In this document: one piece after another, positions 48,311-60,892 of the stretch
Layout: each line of letters opens with the position of its first letter
Numbering within the stretch: position 1 is the stretch's first letter
Assembly: GCA_951406725.2 (NCBI GenBank)
Contig: OX597822.1
Span: forward strand, 90,520,001-90,584,000
Origin: Octopus vulgaris
Taxonomy: Eukaryota
Direction: 5' to 3'
Length of the DNA stretch: 64,000 nucleotides
Notes under the pieces: model-generated
The model's database searches: none
The model's input: only the letters and a program-made list of their open reading frames with translations
What the model was told of the DNA's origin: nothing
Made by a program: the position numbers and the translations under genes

Positions 48311-49231
48311 TGTATACCTAGGTTGGACAGTTTGACAAGAACCAGCAAGCCAGAGAACTGCAATAACTTGTACAAGGAAAAGGTTAACTGTGACTTTGAA
48401 ATTTTGGTTTGCTTACCTTAGGTGGGATATACTAAGGTTCTTTCTGGTTTTATTAATTTTTTTTGTTTTGTCTTGGTAGGGGTAGTAATGTAAGTGATAA
48501 GCTATGGTGTTGGTAGATAGAGGAAATAAATGTGTAGGAAGGGGGAAATTGGGGAGGATAAGAGGAAAATATGCTTTTGTAGATAGTGAAATATTTCTTT
48601 AATTCTATGCCTAACTGAACAGTAACAAAATTTCTATCTAAAACCAAATAATTTCTTCACCATACATTTCTATTGACTCACAATCTAAAAAAAAAAAAAA
48701 CATGCTTTTCTCTTACCCTTCTCAACTCCCACTTCCTACACAACTACTTTCCTTGTCTGCCTACACCACCTAATTATCACTTACATTATTCCACCTATCG
48801 AAAAACAACCTGTCAAAGACTATATAAAGCCAGAACAAGCCAAAGTAAATCATAGTCCAATGAAGGTAAGCAATCCAAAACTTCAAAGTCAATGTCAGTC
48901 TTGTAAGTTAATGAATAAGTACTTTAGTAAATAGACTTGAGTAATCCTTCTGTTTAATGTAAAACTATTTTTATATTTAACCAACACAAGAAACAGTTAT
49001 AAATATGTACGGGTATAGACAGATGGACAAATGAATGAATATCTGACAAGCTGAAGGAAGAAAATAAAAGATAAGTAAAAAAGAAAAGAAGGAAATTAAG
49101 AAAGCATTAGCATGAATGTAATTCATGGTATTCACTGCGATGCAGGAAAGGAAAATTAAACACACACACATTAAGTCATACGCAGCCATAAAGGTGCTAC
49201 AGCTAAACAGATACACTTCTATACATATATA

Positions 49232-49527
49232 TATCACCATGATCACCGTGACCGACCAGGCTATCAGATGTTGCTACACATCGCTGGTCACAATACGCTT
49301 TGCATTGTTTTAGCCTCCAAATGACGCCATCCCGCTGGCTAAGCAAGCAGGCCAACAGAAGAAAGAGTGAGAGAAAGTTGTGGTGAAAGAGTGCTGCAGG
49401 GATCACCACCATGCCCTGCCGGAGCCTCGTGGAGCTTTAGGTGTTTTTGCTCAATAAATACTCACAACGCCCAGTCTGGGAATCGAAACCGCGAGTCCGC
49501 TGCCCTAACCACTGGGCCATTGCGCCT

Positions 49528-49529
<2 letters not shown>
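49232..49529 (-). mobile_element. tRNA-derived SINE, family C variant (different 3' half)
   Basis: Minus-strand head GGAGGCGCAATGGCCCAGTGGTTAGGGCAG...GGTTTCGATTCCC; central block shared with 46530-46833. Confidence 0.8.
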
Positions 49530-49577
<48 letters not shown>

Positions 49578-49837
49578 TATAGAGATGTACTTGCATAGCA
49601 AGTGACCTGATCTGAGATCGTGTGCTGAAACAAAAACAATTGCAGCATGGAAGGTGTTTATAAGCCATTTAAAAACACACAAAAACTGTTAGATTCACCT
49701 TGATATTCAAATTCAATTTTCCAAAACATTTTCATCGATTTGAGACTGTGACCTGTTCACTGACAAAATTCCATGCTGCATCTCTCTAAATGGCTGATAA
49801 ACACTTTCCATGTTGCAATTGTTTATATATATATATA

Positions 49838-52540
49838 TGTAACGGATTTAAATTGATTAATAAACATTATATTGATGATGTTGTAGTCAGCTGGTGTGAC
49901 GATAATAATTTGTTATAATTGCATGTTGTAGAATGTGAAAGATGAACAATGCATGAAGTTTTAAGGAAATGTTTATTTACCGTTACATTACAATACCTTG
50001 CCTTGACAGGCAGGTTATGATAAATCCAAAAGCATGCAAAGTAAAGTTTGTGTTTGGGTTCTCTTCATTGTTTAGTAGTAATTGTGGAGACAGATAGAAT
50101 GATGCTGTAAGAGAACATAATTAGAGCTAGTGAGAGTGAGAGAGTGTGGGACGTTGTCTTTCTTTTTCCCTCTGGCCGTTTAGTCTGCCTGCTTCCATGA
50201 TTCTAGTGGTCAGTTCACTAACTGATTGAGTCGTCACCGACTGGTGACTAACTGATTTTTGTTTGGGGTGTTCTTGCTTTTATAACTATCCAGAGGGATA
50301 AACATACCATTGAAAACAATAGATTTAGTTGGTGGTCTTGTTATCTCTATTCTAGCTTTTGGTGAAGTAGAAGAGGTTAGAAAGGGTCAAGTGGTGAAGA
50401 CATTATTTCGGCCTAGCTAAAGGCATATGGAAGATGTAAAACTGCTGCCAGAGAAAAACCATTGTTCCATCGTGGGAAAAGTTCTGTAGCAGTGTTAATT
50501 TAAATTTGGGTATGGTGGATCGAATCCACTTCATGCATGCAAGATTCACTACATACACTCTCTTGCCAGTGAGGTTCCTGGAAGGAGCGAACAATCGAAG
50601 GAAACAAAGAGATGTATGGTTGAGGAGAAATTTTGCATATCAGGAGGAAGGATCGTTGAAGTGTATATGGGACAGTTTTCTATTTGGATTAGTTCGAATA
50701 GCGGTGTCGCTTTGCATGCCAAAATGTGTGCAGTCAGTGACTGGGTAGTACAGTAAATGAGCGCATGTGGGCATTTACAGGAGTGCAGGTGCACATTTCG
50801 AAATTGACTATAAAATAAGCTGAGATGAGCGAGCAAGTGCATTCTCAATCCGTGATATGAAAGATCTTCTTGCAGGGTTGCAGTGTGTGAAATGCATCTG
50901 GTGCTGTTGTCATGGTTAATTGCTGAGTTAGCAAGGACGACAGTGTAAGCATGCTGGAGTTATGCGCAAGACAGATAATTTGCTCTCTTAATTACGTGAC
51001 CAAACAGGGGTCTATTGGGGGGAAATTATGTCTAAATATGAACGCAGAGCATGTGATCATCTGATGTGCTTTGAGTCAGGAAAAGAATTGAGTTGACGCA
51101 GATGTATTGCAAAACAAGGGAGTAGATGCATAAAATACAGCATACAGTATTGAATATGCCAGTGATTAATGCAGTAAGGCTGAGGCTGCCAGCCGGTGCA
51201 TGAGGTATTATATGCCTCAATCATGCAGGAACAAAAGTGTGGTATGCTGGTGCATTGTAAGGGACAAACAACTTTCTCTTTGTGTGCATGACTGACCTGG
51301 GGTCTTACAGAGATGAGTTGTGTATAAAAGGGCGGATTGAGCGTGGAAAACAAGCGAGATAGGCGTGTGTGGTGCATGAATGTGACAGTGTCAACGTATG
51401 TGTATGAACAATGTGTGCAGATGTGTGTGCAAGGCCAGGCTGTGAGGAAAGGTGCATGCGTGTGTGTATGCAACAATACAAACATTTTCAAAGTGAACAA
51501 TAAAAAGTACAAGCAAAATATGAATAATAATATAGAACATTCAAAAAGATATGCACATGATAGGCACAGGAGTAGCTGTGTGGTAAGTAGCTTGCTAACC
51601 AACCACATGGTTCTATGTTCAGTCCCACTGCGTGGCATCTTGGGCAAGTGTCTTCTGCTATAGCCCCGGGCCGACCAATGCCTTGTGAGTAGATTTGGTA
51701 GACGGAAACTGAAAGAAGCCTGTCATATATATGTATATGTATGTGTGTCTGTGTTTGTCCCCCTAGCATTGCTTGACAACCGATGCTGGTGTGTTTACGT
51801 CCCTGTCACTTAGCTGTTCGGCAAAAGAGACCGATAGAATAAATACTGGGCTTACAAAGAATAAGTCCCGGGGTCGATTTGCTAGAAAAGGTGCTCCAGC
51901 ATGGCCGCAGTCAAATGACTGAAACAAGTAAAAGAGTAAAAGAGAGTATGAATTTAGCTGTTTTAGTGAAACAAGTCATCATAGAATTTGTGCTTTGCAG
52001 AATGTGTGTATCGTGGAATGTGTGCATCGCGGTATATGTGCATCGTGGAATGTGTGCATTGTGGAATGAATGCATTGTGGAATGTGTGACTCGTAAACAA
52101 ATGAAAGTATGCAGTGCAAACAGAACAATAAAAAAGCGAAAATAACAAACTTAACTGAAAATAGTGTCCTTTGTTAAAAGTCTACTGCTGAAAGTGAAAA
52201 GATGTGCATGCAAAGAAAAAGAGTTGTTCAAAGTCTATGTGAGAGTCTTATGTACGTGAAAAAGTTCATTGACAATGCAGGGTTTGTACGTTGGGACGAG
52301 ACGAAAAGCGTGTGTGTGCCGAAAAGGTTGCACGTGCAGGCTTCTGTATTTTCTTCCAGTTAGTTTCTGGGCATGTAGGTGAATACCTTGTGCAATGGTA
52401 GTGTTGCATTGTTGTGAAGTGCACCATAGATTGCATTGCAGTATAGTACTTTCTGTAGTAGGTTGACGGAGGGTGCATCTTGGTGGAGATGAAGGTTATC
52501 ATTATTTTTCCTTGCAGCAGCATGTAGCATCGGAAGGTAT
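49838..52540. mobile_element. Possible degraded LTR-retrotransposon sequence
   Basis: TGTAACGG...CCGTTACA ends at 49838-49987, a purine tract followed by TGT at about 51016-51030, and TATA-like GTATAAAAGG and AATAAA downstream. No convincing pol motif. Confidence 0.3.
51562..51947 (+). mobile_element. SINE family A, full length
   Basis: Aligns with 34981-35426. Confidence 0.9.
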
Positions 52541-53039
52541 CAATTCTCTTTACACGAGGCCACTATGCTTAGCTCTCACTCCCCAATTCTGTCCTTACAC
52601 TTCTGTTCCTCTGTATCATTGCTATCCAGTAGCCCCCCCTCCCCAACTCCATGCATACCCAGGTCTTTCACCACTTACTCACACTCTTTAATCACACTCC
52701 CTTCACAATATCCTGCCACTTATATTATGGCATTTGAACCTCAAGGGTATACCCTGGCACTTGTCACCATCTATATCTCTCTCTTACTTTATTCAACCAT
52801 CCCATTTATATTCTGATCCTCGTTCCTTGTGAGTATGCCTGACATTTTGCCACTATCTCTATCCTGCTGTCTCCCACTCTCTCTCCTCCTGCTCTTCCCT
52901 CAGGTTGGGTAACCGTGTATTTCCTTTGCTGTAGCATACCTCTTTCTGTCTTCATTTCTGATCTTTTTCTCTCTGGCCAGGTAACCTTATACTTCCACTA
53001 CAGCAAGACACCTGTATCTGTCTCACTATAACCTTTTCA

Positions 53040-53329
53040 TCATCCAACACAAGATCACCACCTCCAATGCTTCCGCTCCCTTGGAAGTTTTTTTTTTTTT
53101 TGTCTTGCAAGTACTTGGTGACCATGTAACACAAAAAAACACTAAGTCCACTCTGCTGAGTGGTTGGTGTTAGGAAGGGCATCCAGCTGTAAAAATCCTG
53201 CCAAAACAGTCAAAACAGTCACAGAAGTCTGGTGCAGGCTTTGGCCTAGCTGACTCTTGTGAAACCATCCCACCCATGGAAGGCACACGTTAAACGATGA
53301 TGATGATGATGCTGATGCTGATGATGATA
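53040..53329 (+). mobile_element. RTE LINE 3' UTR, diverged
   Basis: GGTTGGTGTTAGGAAGGGCATCCAGCTGT...GTTAAACGATGATGAT. Confidence 0.6.
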
Positions 53330-53339
53330 TATGTATATA

Positions 53340-53572
53340 ATTATGTGTGTGTTTGTGTCTGTGTTGTCCCCCCGCCACCATCACTTGACAACCGATGTCG
53401 GTGTGTTTGTGTACCTGTAACTTAGCTGTTCTGCAGAAGAGACTGACAGAATAAGCACCAGGCTTACAGGGAATAAGTCCAGGGGCCGATTTCTTTGACT
53501 AAAGGGCAGTGTTCCAGCATGGCCACAGGCAAATGACTGAAACAAGTAAAAGAATAAAAGAATAAAAGAATA
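53340..53572 (+). mobile_element. SINE family A, 3' half
   Basis: GTGTCTGTGTTGTCCCCC...AAATGACTGAAACAAGTAAAAGAATAAAAGAAT. Confidence 0.75.
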
Positions 53573-55119
53573 CCAGAAGTATGTTCTGTACCACTAAACC
53601 AAGCATGTTCTTTGAATATGTACAATGTATTTTAAGGCTAAACAGTAATTCTGTTTACGCTTGTGTAACTGAAATATTTTGGTTGGATTATATAGTTATC
53701 GGTTTTACACTTCTTTCTATATTCTGTAAGTGTCACAATATAGAAACATTTCTTGTGGCACCAGCACACAATTTACAGATGCTTACATTTTTTATGTTTT
53801 CTTTGAGTTTTTCATGGGTCTGGCTATCATCATCATCATCGTCATTTAGCGTCCGTTCTCCATGCTGTATATATATAATGCATGTGTATATTATATATGT
53901 ATATATATACATATACACATGCATAGTCATTACAGTGTTATACAAGTTGCTTTGTGGTATGTAAGCCAGCTCTGTGTACTCTGAGTATAAAACATGAGGT
54001 CAATTTTGCCTTTTATCTTTTAGGTGGTGGTGGTGGGGAGATAAATAAAGCACCAGTTCTGCACTAGGATTTATTCTTCTCTAAGAATCTTTGTCTTTTT
54101 CTCTGCCTCTTGGAAGAAGCTGACTGTGGTCAGATCTGGATTAGGATGGATTTTGCCAGGTCTAAAAATTCATAAACATGCCATTTGTTGCAATAGCATC
54201 ACCTGAAAGAAGAACATTTATTGAGGTACAGGAGTACCTTAAGGAGTACCATGAAGCTCAACATTTCAATATCACATCCTTCAGATGGCTACCACCCCCA
54301 GGAGAACATTCCTGAGTTTTCCCTATCAATACCACCATTGTAAGGTGCACTATATCAGCTAGGATGACTACTCTCTCCCTCTGGATGCTTTTGTGTGAGT
54401 TCTAAAGATGTATAGGGTTTCCCAAACAGAAAATAGTCCAATGAGCTTAGATCTGGTGATCTGGACAGACAATAGTGCCTCATACTTTTGGAATACTGTC
54501 AGAATTACCATTGTGCTGTAGCAATGAAGCCTCCACTGATAGAGTATGTTTCCACAGTGAATGCAAATTCTGATGCAATCCATGGTGACATAACTTAGGA
54601 CTAAAACATACAAGTACTAATGGCTGGGAAAAGAAAAAGAAAATTATTATTAACTCCTAAAGTTTGACATTTGATTTACATCACATTTAAAGATGGGCAA
54701 GTATCCACTGTTTTTGAAATCTTATATTACAAAACAGAAGAAGCAGATCTCCGTGTCTGTCTGTAACAGAATCTATAACAGGGAGGGAACAAAGGGGAAG
54801 AATCAAAATATATGACAATGTATTTTTAGAAGAAGGGGAGGAGAAAAATTGTTGTTGAGAGAGAAATAGAGTGTGTGTGTGTGAGTGTGTACGTGCATGT
54901 GGGAGAGAGAGAGAGAGAGAGAGAGAAGAAATAGAGTGAGAATAAAAGAGAAAGAGTGTGTATCTGAAAGAAAGATAGAGTGACAGACCGTGTTGTTGCC
55001 ATAGTCTGTCTCTGTCACAACATTTAGTAGAGGGAGGGGAAAAAGGAGAAGAAATAAAAAAAAAATACAGTGAGAGAGACAATAAAAGAAGGGGAAGAAG
55101 AAAGGTTGTGAAGTATATT

Positions 55120-55187
55120 GACAGAGAAAGAGAGAGAGAGAGAGAGATGTATGTGTGTGTGTATATGTGTATGTGTGTGTGTGTGTT

Positions 55188-55222
<35 letters not shown>
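55120..55222. repeat. Compound (GA)n/(GT)n microsatellite
   Basis: Visible dinucleotide runs; a related tract lies at 54860-54930. Confidence 0.85.
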
Positions 55223-55226
<4 letters not shown>

Positions 55227-55313
55227 TAGATAGTTAGGTATTGTTGTCATCATAGTAACTAGCATGTTTTGATTAAAAATGTGGGAATTATAAGTGCAAG
55301 TCAGTCAAAAAGT

Positions 55314-55545
55314 ATCTCTCTATATATAAACAGCAAAACGTCTGTGTGTGTGTCCTTTATACAAATCCACAATTTTTCAGTTAAAGGGCTTGCACCTTCT
55401 ATGGTCATTCAAAACCGTCCAAGGGTGGTCGTGCACATCTTTACATTTCCCTAGTCACCTCGCAAAGCCATTAAAAAATCAATAGAAGTGACTTTTTTGT
55501 GAATTTTCTATCCAAAACCCAATCAAAATGCCTGAAACTTGATAC
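55314..55545 (+). mobile_element. Helitron-like 5' fragment
   Basis: Starts A|TCTCTCTATATATAAA...GTCTGTGTGTGTG, similar in style to the other Helitron 5' ends. No 3' CTAG end seen. Confidence 0.4.
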
Positions 55546-55607
55546 TGGAGGTCAAGAGGCATTCTTATCTTTCTTGTTGATCAGATTTTGGTACATGAAT
55601 TTCATTG

Positions 55608-55790
55608 TCATCAACATCATTTAACATCCATTTTCCATCCTGGCATGGGTTGGATGGTTGGACTCCAAATGTCTGTTGTGAGATGGTTTCTACACCTGGG
55701 TGATCTTACTAATGCCAACCACTTTATATAGAGTGCTGGATGCTTTTTATATGCCACCAGCATAGGTACATCTATGCAGCACCAGCATAG
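55608..55790 (-). mobile_element. RTE LINE 3' UTR, diverged
   Basis: CATCATTTAACATCCATTTTCCATCCTGGCATGGGTTGG..., same family. Confidence 0.55.
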
Positions 55791-56099
55791 AAACTAGAAT
55801 TTCCAAGCAAAGAAAGAGACAGACCAAACCTAGCTAAAATTAGCTTTTCATATATAATCTCTAAATAGAACAGTAAAATTATGCAAGAGTTTCTTAAAGT
55901 TCAACATGTAACAATTATAGTTGTTATTCAAACTCCAAGGATAGAGCTCTATGTTAGAAACCAGATCCATCCTTCTAGAAAGAATATTAATAAATAAAAA
56001 GAAGAGGTGGGACATATATGTACTGGTTCACAATTGCACATACAACACTCACAGCTAAAAACCAGAAGATACATAGCCAAAAACTTCAAGTCCATCACG

Positions 56100-57810
56100 T
56101 GCAAGTTGTTTGAATGTATTTCTCCAGGATCACTGTGAAACATTATATGGTGACTCAGGAGCAGGAAGAAAGAAAGGCATCTAGAGCTGTAAAGAGCAGC
56201 TCCTCACCAAGAAAGCTGTCCCCAAGGAAACAAAGCAGCATTGCTGAAATCTTCTGACTGGTCTAGACTATAAGGAGGGATTTGACTTTGTCCCCAACTC
56301 ATGAATACTAGAGTCACTATATTTTACCTAGGTTCCAATTGCTATATTTGATGCCATTTAGAGACTAGCAACAACATGGTCTGTTGAACTATAAAAAACC
56401 AAAGCTTTCACTGAAGTCATTAACAAAATTAGACTACCATCAAGAATTTTCCAAGTTGATAACTTATATGTAATGCTTTTAATCCTGGTAGTGAACTCCT
56501 TGTCAGCCCAGTTAAAGAAATGCAAAGACTACAGGATTTTGATGATGACCTTAAGCAGTACTTGAGTAATATTGATGACACCAAGAGACACAACTGGTTG
56601 CAAAGATTCTCAAAGGACATAGTAATGGAGTTTGATCCAGAAAAGTGCTCATATTTGGTAGTCAAATGAGGAAAGACTGTCATCCAGACAGGGAGTAAGG
56701 ATAACAATGGCATAGCTATCTCTCCTATTTCCAGTACTGAATATTGCATGAGAATTGCATAGAATTGACAAGAATATTGCAAATGTTGGTGCTGTGAGTA
56801 AAGCTAGAGTGACACAAGAATACTTCAGTAGATTTTATGAGATATGGAGGTTAGAGCTGTCTACATTCAATGAAACCATATTCCACAATGCTTTCACAGC
56901 CTCAGTGTTAGCTTCAATGTTTGGAATACTAGAATTTGCAACTTTGACATCAGGACTAAGAAGATATTAACAACTACTGATAACTTTCACATCATCAGTG
57001 ACATTAACAAGATCTGTGTTAAATGGAGAGACAGCTACAGAGGTATAACACCAGTCCAGAAGGCCTTTGAGTGCTGCATTGTATCACTTACACAACATAC
57101 ATCAAACAGCAAAGAGAGAATGACCACTCTTGTTCAGTGTCTATTGAAGGGGAGTTGTGATAGAGACATCACATTCCACCTAGAAAACTACATCTTTGCT
57201 ACCCAGGAGAAGATAGTTACTAAATATCTGATCAACAAGAAAGATAAGGATGCCTCTTGACCTCCAGGTTTTGATAAAAAAATATCATTTGTGCCATACC
57301 AGTGTGAAAATTATCACTCATATCATCAGTAGATATTCAAAAATGGCCACAAGCCTATGACCTTCCTATGAGATGTGAGACTGTCATAAAACTATCAATG
57401 ATGCTATAAGTAGGAAGGATTATTCTGATGTCCATAACAAAGGCATGCCAGAAACAAAATGTTTCCATACCAAAAAGTAAAGAATACAAGTGAAACATTC
57501 TAACAAAAACAGCAACCTGATGTAAGCACAATAGGCTAGATAAAGAACAAAAGTTATACACAGGTTTAGATGTCAGCTGTCCAGTAGAAGTGAAGATGTC
57601 CCTAGAAATTGAAGAAAGGGAGAACATCTATGGAAAGTAATTTACATCGCTAATATTCAGATTATAAATTTGTATTTGTACCTATTATTATATGTGCACT
57701 AGACAACATAACAACAGATTTGCACAAAAGCCTAGTAATGCATGGGTTCTTCACAAATGAACAAAACAAACTGATTCAGATTCTTCAATCGACTGAGGGT
57801 ACAGTGAATA
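56100..57810 (+). mobile_element. R4-clade-like non-LTR retrotransposon relic (RT + restriction-like endonuclease)
   Basis: SCKEQLL, LDYKEGFDFVPNS*ILE, FSKDIVMEFDPEKC, LDIRTKKIL, ITHIIS, LDVSCP...EE.ENIY and FVPIIICAL occur in the expected order, with many stops. Confidence 0.65.
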
Positions 57811-59850
57811 ATTTGTTGAATGTTTGTGGGATTCTTTTTTTGGAGCCTATACTGAACACATACACATTATCATATGTATATATGGAATATGCACACACAT
57901 ACAAACACATGTACACACACATAGACATGTATGCTCCCCACTCCCACAAAACAACGAACCTCATACACTTGTGTACAACAGTGATTCACACCCAATACAT
58001 GAGTGCAAGTTTATCCTCATATGCACACATATATGCATAAAACCAAACAAGTGAAATATCCACAAACCTCCAAAAGCTGTCTTGACTTAAACAAAAGCTG
58101 TATCACTTTGTTAGAGATAACATGAATTTTGCAAAGGGAAAAAAAATACTTAAAAAATCAAAAGAAAATCATTCATACATTAACATTCGAAATTAAGAAA
58201 GTAGTTTATTGCAAGAAGCGCTAGACAATAGAGACCATATGGCCGAAGGAAAATATCTCAGGGGAGTGTTGTGCAAACTAAACACAACAATGGTAGGAAC
58301 CTGCATATGTAATATTGTGGGTTTAAAATCTTCTACCAAAATGACAAAATATCTGTTTTTGCATCCAAGTAAATATTAAAGACCTTTTAGGAGTGTTGAA
58401 AATTTAAAAAAAAGGGAGATAACTCACGCAAAATCAATTGATTGTAATTGTTGGACAATATAAGCATTGCAAATGAGAGCAGACCTGGTCTTTAAAGACA
58501 TCAGGTGAAAGCAAAGGACATTCTTTCAGTTTCCTTAGGCCAACTCATGGCAAGACTAAGGGTGAGCAACAAGTCTAATTGGAGTTACTTCTCCACCTTT
58601 TTTTTAGATTTTAAATATGCTTAGTTTTTATCTATCAATTGCATGAGTAACCTTAGTTAACGATTTTCAACAGGTTTGTTAGGACTGTTTAAGAGGTAGT
58701 TTTAAAGAATTATCCTGTTTAGTTATATATACCAAATGCATAGGCATGTTTCACTTTAGTATTCATTTTATTATTACATCGATGCAAAACATTTTTATAA
58801 GACGAGAAACGAAATCGTTTGGTGTTCATGCATTCTCCCCCAATTGTAACAATTGGTTATCAAAAATTGGCCATAGACTTAATTGCAATGAATTAGCTTG
58901 TGCTTTCCGGTATCCACCCTTTATTTCACCACAATATCACGTGTTGATGCGTTAGAACTATAATTTATCGATTTCTTTTCCCAGCACAGTAAACACGTCA
59001 TCTAGGTGACATCGCAACAGCAGGTCAACTGATACAATTTTTTCTTTAGAATGCCTTGTACAAATAGAGACAGCTAACAAATTTGTTTATATTTCGTATC
59101 TTTCACAGTGGTTATTTATTGTAACAAGCTACTGCCAATCTATAAAATAAACAGTTTTAGCCGCACAGTATATATATACATATATATATATTTAAAACTC
59201 CTTAAGATGTAATCTGCAATATATTGTCAGGAGAAAAAATTTTGAACTTATGCTGAAAAGACCTTAAACATGTGAGTCATTACAGTAGCACTGAAGTGAA
59301 TAATAAATTATTACATATTTAGAAGCCAGCTTTTTGGATATCCGGACTTCTTCGGTTGTTGAAGAAATTCTACTTTTACTCTTCTTGGGTTATGAACCTA
59401 GCTCCTATTGCTCCGTAAGTAAAATTTACAAAAGAAAAATGATTTTCTTTCTCTCTCTCTCTCTCTAATTTGGAATTTTTAATTAAGCAGGCTATTAAAA
59501 ATAATTAAAATGCATATGATGCGCGCCAGTCAAGAAATACAGCAGAATTTTTCATATACTACCCGCACTTAATACGGATAATTCGTGTTGACTAAGTTGA
59601 AAAGTAGTTATTTTAATAGATAATGATTGAATTTAGTTGGCTAGCGAACACACTTTTGGGTATAGTTTACTGCTGAATTTGTGAATATCCTCAGGTTTCG
59701 GTGGAGTTTTGAAATAGAAATTTTAGTCTCTAGAAGATTCATATCTCTTGAGAAGGGTACGGAGTGGTGGGGTGGCAAAAATGTAAAACACTGACCTGTC
59801 TACAAAATACCGAAAAGTGAACGGAAAAACCGGCATACCTACGCAAGTGG

Positions 59851-60116
59851 GTTAATTTCTAGTTTAGGACCCGGTCACAAAAATAAAAAAAAACCCAGTG
59901 TAATAGGTGTGAAATAATGTATAGTAAACGAATACGGAAAAAAAAAATGCGCGCGGATGGACAGGACTCGGAAATTTTTCCGAGTCTTCTTCCCACACCA
60001 CTCCCGTTCATCGGCGCAATCTTTTTTTTTTCCTATTCATTTACTACACATTATTTCATACCTGTTACACTTTTTTAAATTTATTTTTGTGATCGGGTCC
60101 TAAACTAGAGATTAAC
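59851..60116. repeat. Inverted-repeat (hairpin) element related to the 61-62 kb foldback
   Basis: GTTAATTTCTAGTTTAGGACCCGGTCACAAAAATAAA mirrored at about 60080-60116; central hairpin GACTCGGAAA/TTTCCGAGTC at 59965-59986. Confidence 0.8.
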
Positions 60117-60892
60117 TACGATTTTGTTTCCAGAAAAATGGAGATTTTTAAAAGGAATTTTCTACAAATACGTGTAGATTCCGATTATATTGGAATTTGT
60201 TGTAGAAAAATTTTCCGGGGCTTGGGAGAAGAGTTTCGGAAAATCCATACGCGCTAATTTTGTTTCTTCACAACTTTTAGAGTGTGTAGATTACAGTTAT
60301 ATTAGAATTTTGTTGTTGTTATGTTGAATTACATTACATATGTATACATATATAATTCTTCCAAATCTTTCTGTTTAAACAATTGAAACAATTTGTGGGG
60401 AAGAAAGGGAGAAAATAAAAGCAAAAATAATTGTTGAGTGCGCACCCATACATACTGACACCCTTTGCATGTACCTTTAAAATGAAAATTGAAATATAGA
60501 AAAGAAGTTTTTCCAGAAATAATGTCGTTTAGCTGTTGTTTTTAGCATGTCGGGATTTCTGGTGGTGGTCTGATATTTTTGACGTCTGCTATTTCAGTAG
60601 AATTCTACGCATGCGTGAAACATCAAACGAAAGTGAAACATTCTGAGTAATAGTAAAAGGTTTTTAAAAAGATCCCATCTATCATGAATTCATAAATACG
60701 GTGTTGTATAGGGTTTTACTATGGAAAAAAAAATTATGGGCGACTTAGTTGTTTATAGCACATCTCCACCGTTGGGATCTTATTTTTTTTCAAACTTATT
60801 TCCTTTACACTCAAGCAAAAAAAAAATTTATGAATTTCTTTATTTTCGAAAACCCCCTCGGAAAAATTTCCCCCGCAAATTTCGACCATATC

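Noticed and set aside
54687-55265. 192-aa minus-strand ORF
   Set aside because: Composed of (GA)n/(GT)n microsatellite translations (HTHT, SLSL) with no domain signal.
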